A stretch of 64,000 nt of DNA from Anaeromyxobacteraceae bacterium. Its GTDB lineage: Bacteria > Myxococcota > Myxococcia > Myxococcales > Anaeromyxobacteraceae. Positions 62,694 through 64,000 of the stretch are shown here, piece after piece. The stretch is taken from positions 1,280,001 to 1,344,000 of the forward strand of contig JASGHJ010000001.1 in the NCBI GenBank assembly GCA_047602405.1, written 5' to 3'. The stretch's first letter is position 1. Each line of letters begins with the position of its first letter. The position numbers and the translations under genes are program-made. The notes beneath the pieces were generated by a model. It had not been told where the DNA came from. It was given only the letters and a program-made list of their open reading frames with translations, and did no database searches.

Positions 62694-64000
62694 ATGGCGC
62701 TGTCGCCGACCATCTTCCGCGAGTACGACGTCCGTGGCCTCGTCGACCGGGACCTCACGGAGGAGGCGGTCCACCTCGTCGGGAAGGCGTTCGGCGCGAA
62801 GGTCCGCGAGGCCGGCGGCCGCCGGGCCGCCGTGGGCCGCGACGCCCGGCTCTCCGGGCCGCGCTTCGCCGCCCGGATGATCTCCGCGCTCCGCTCGACC
62901 GGCGTGGACGTGGTCGACCTCGGGGTGGTGCCCACGCCGCTCGGCTACTTCGCGACCCACACCGCCGGGGTCGACGGGCTCTGCATGATCACGGGCTCGC
63001 ACAACCCGCCGGAGTACAACGGCCTGAAGCTCGGCCTCGGCACCGCGAGCTGGTTCGGCGAGCAGATCCAGGAGCTCCGGCGCGTGGCGGAGGCCGGGGT
63101 CTTTCCGTCCGGCGACGGCGCGCTCACGACGCTCGACGTGGTCGCGCCCTACCAGGCCTACGTCCGCCAGAACCTCCGCTTCGGTCCCCGCCGGCTCAAG
63201 GTGGTCGTCGACGCCGGGAACGGCACCGGCGGCGCCGTGGCCGTGCCGATCTTCCGGGCGCTCGGCCTCGAGGTCGTCGAGCTCTACACCGAGCCCGACG
63301 GCACCTTCCCCCACCACCACCCCGACCCCACCGTGGAGGAGAACCTCCGCGACCTGAAGGCGAAGGTCCTCGAGACCGGCGCGGACGCCGGCATCGCCTG
63401 GGACGGCGACGCCGACCGGGTCGGCGCCGTGGACGAGCGGGGTGAGGTGCTCTGGGGCGACCGGCTCATGATCCTCTTCTCCCGCGCCGTGCTCGCCGAG
63501 GTGCCGGGCGCGGCGATCGGCGCCGAGGCGAAGTGCTCGCAGACCCTCTTCGACGACATCGCGGCCCGGGGCGGGAAGCCGTACATGTGGAAGGCGGGCC
63601 ACTCCATCATCAAGGCGCGCATGAAGGAGGTCGGGGCCGCGCTCGCGGGCGAGATGAGCGGGCACGTCTTCTTCAAGCACCGCTGGTTCGGCTTCGACGA
63701 CGGCATCTACGCCTCCGCCCGGCTCCTCGAGCTGCTCAGCCACGCGGACCGGCCGCTCTCGGCGCTCCTCGCCGACGTGCCGGAGACCTTCTCGACGCCG
63801 GAGCTCCGCTTCCCGTGCCCGGAGGAGCTGAAGTTCGAGCTCGTGAAGCGCGCGCAGGCGTGGTTCTCGGCGCGGTACGAGACCATCACCGTGGACGGCG
63901 TGCGCGTGGTCTTCCCCGACGGCTTCGGGGTGGTCCGCGCCTCCAACACCCAGCCCCTCCTGGTCCTCCGCTTCGAGGCGAGGACGCGGGAGCGCCTCGC
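62694..64000 (+). CDS. Phosphomannomutase/phosphoglucomutase (3' end outside window)
   Basis: Manual translation from ATG 62694: IFREYDVRG, TGSHNP, DGDADR, GEMSGH and RASNTQP. Confidence 0.95.
   Translation, partial: MALSPTIFREYDVRGLVDRDLTEEAVHLVGKAFGAKVREAGGRRAAVGRDARLSGPRFAARMISALRSTGVDVVDLGVVPTPLGYFATHTAGVDGLCMITGSHNPPEYNGLKLGLGTASWFGEQIQELRRVAEAGVFPSGDGALTTLDVVAPYQAYVRQNLRFGPRRLKVVVDAGNGTGGAVAVPIFRALGLEVVELYTEPDGTFPHHHPDPTVEENLRDLKAKVLETGADAGIAWDGDADRVGAVDERGEVLWGDRLMILFSRAVLAEVPGAAIGAEAKCSQTLFDDIAARGGKPYMWKAGHSIIKARMKEVGAALAGEMSGHVFFKHRWFGFDDGIYASARLLELLSHADRPLSALLADVPETFSTPELRFPCPEELKFELVKRAQAWFSARYETITVDGVRVVFPDGFGVVRASNTQPLLVLRFEARTRERL

Overview
A very GC-rich bacterial chromosomal window whose gene content and order resemble Anaeromyxobacter or other Myxococcota (inference). 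Housekeeping blocks: ispE-spoVG-prs-rplY-pth; upp-hpt; GH57 and galT-glgA glycogen genes; thiO; dinB; hprK-rapZ-mannose-family PTS-HPr-EI; metK, an ArsR/methyltransferase regulator (SahR-like) and ahcY; uppP-manC-PMM/PGM. These are interleaved with two clusters of secreted repeat lipoproteins, a VapBC toxin-antitoxin pair, tandem LysR paralogues and signalling genes. The most striking element is a group II intron (about 20399-22089) inserted exactly at the galT start codon. Its 3' end re-supplies an SD-like motif and the ATG, and its reverse transcriptase has lost the PQG/YADD catalytic core by an in-frame deletion. Also notable: two families of intergenic repeats (a 75-bp structured unit after both metK and ahcY; a 14-mer in five exact copies), a structured rplY leader, and six +1 frameshifts, five at or beside GATC, which are probably sequencing artefacts. 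No rRNA, tRNA or CRISPR array was found. All calls come from reading motifs by eye; no database searches were run.
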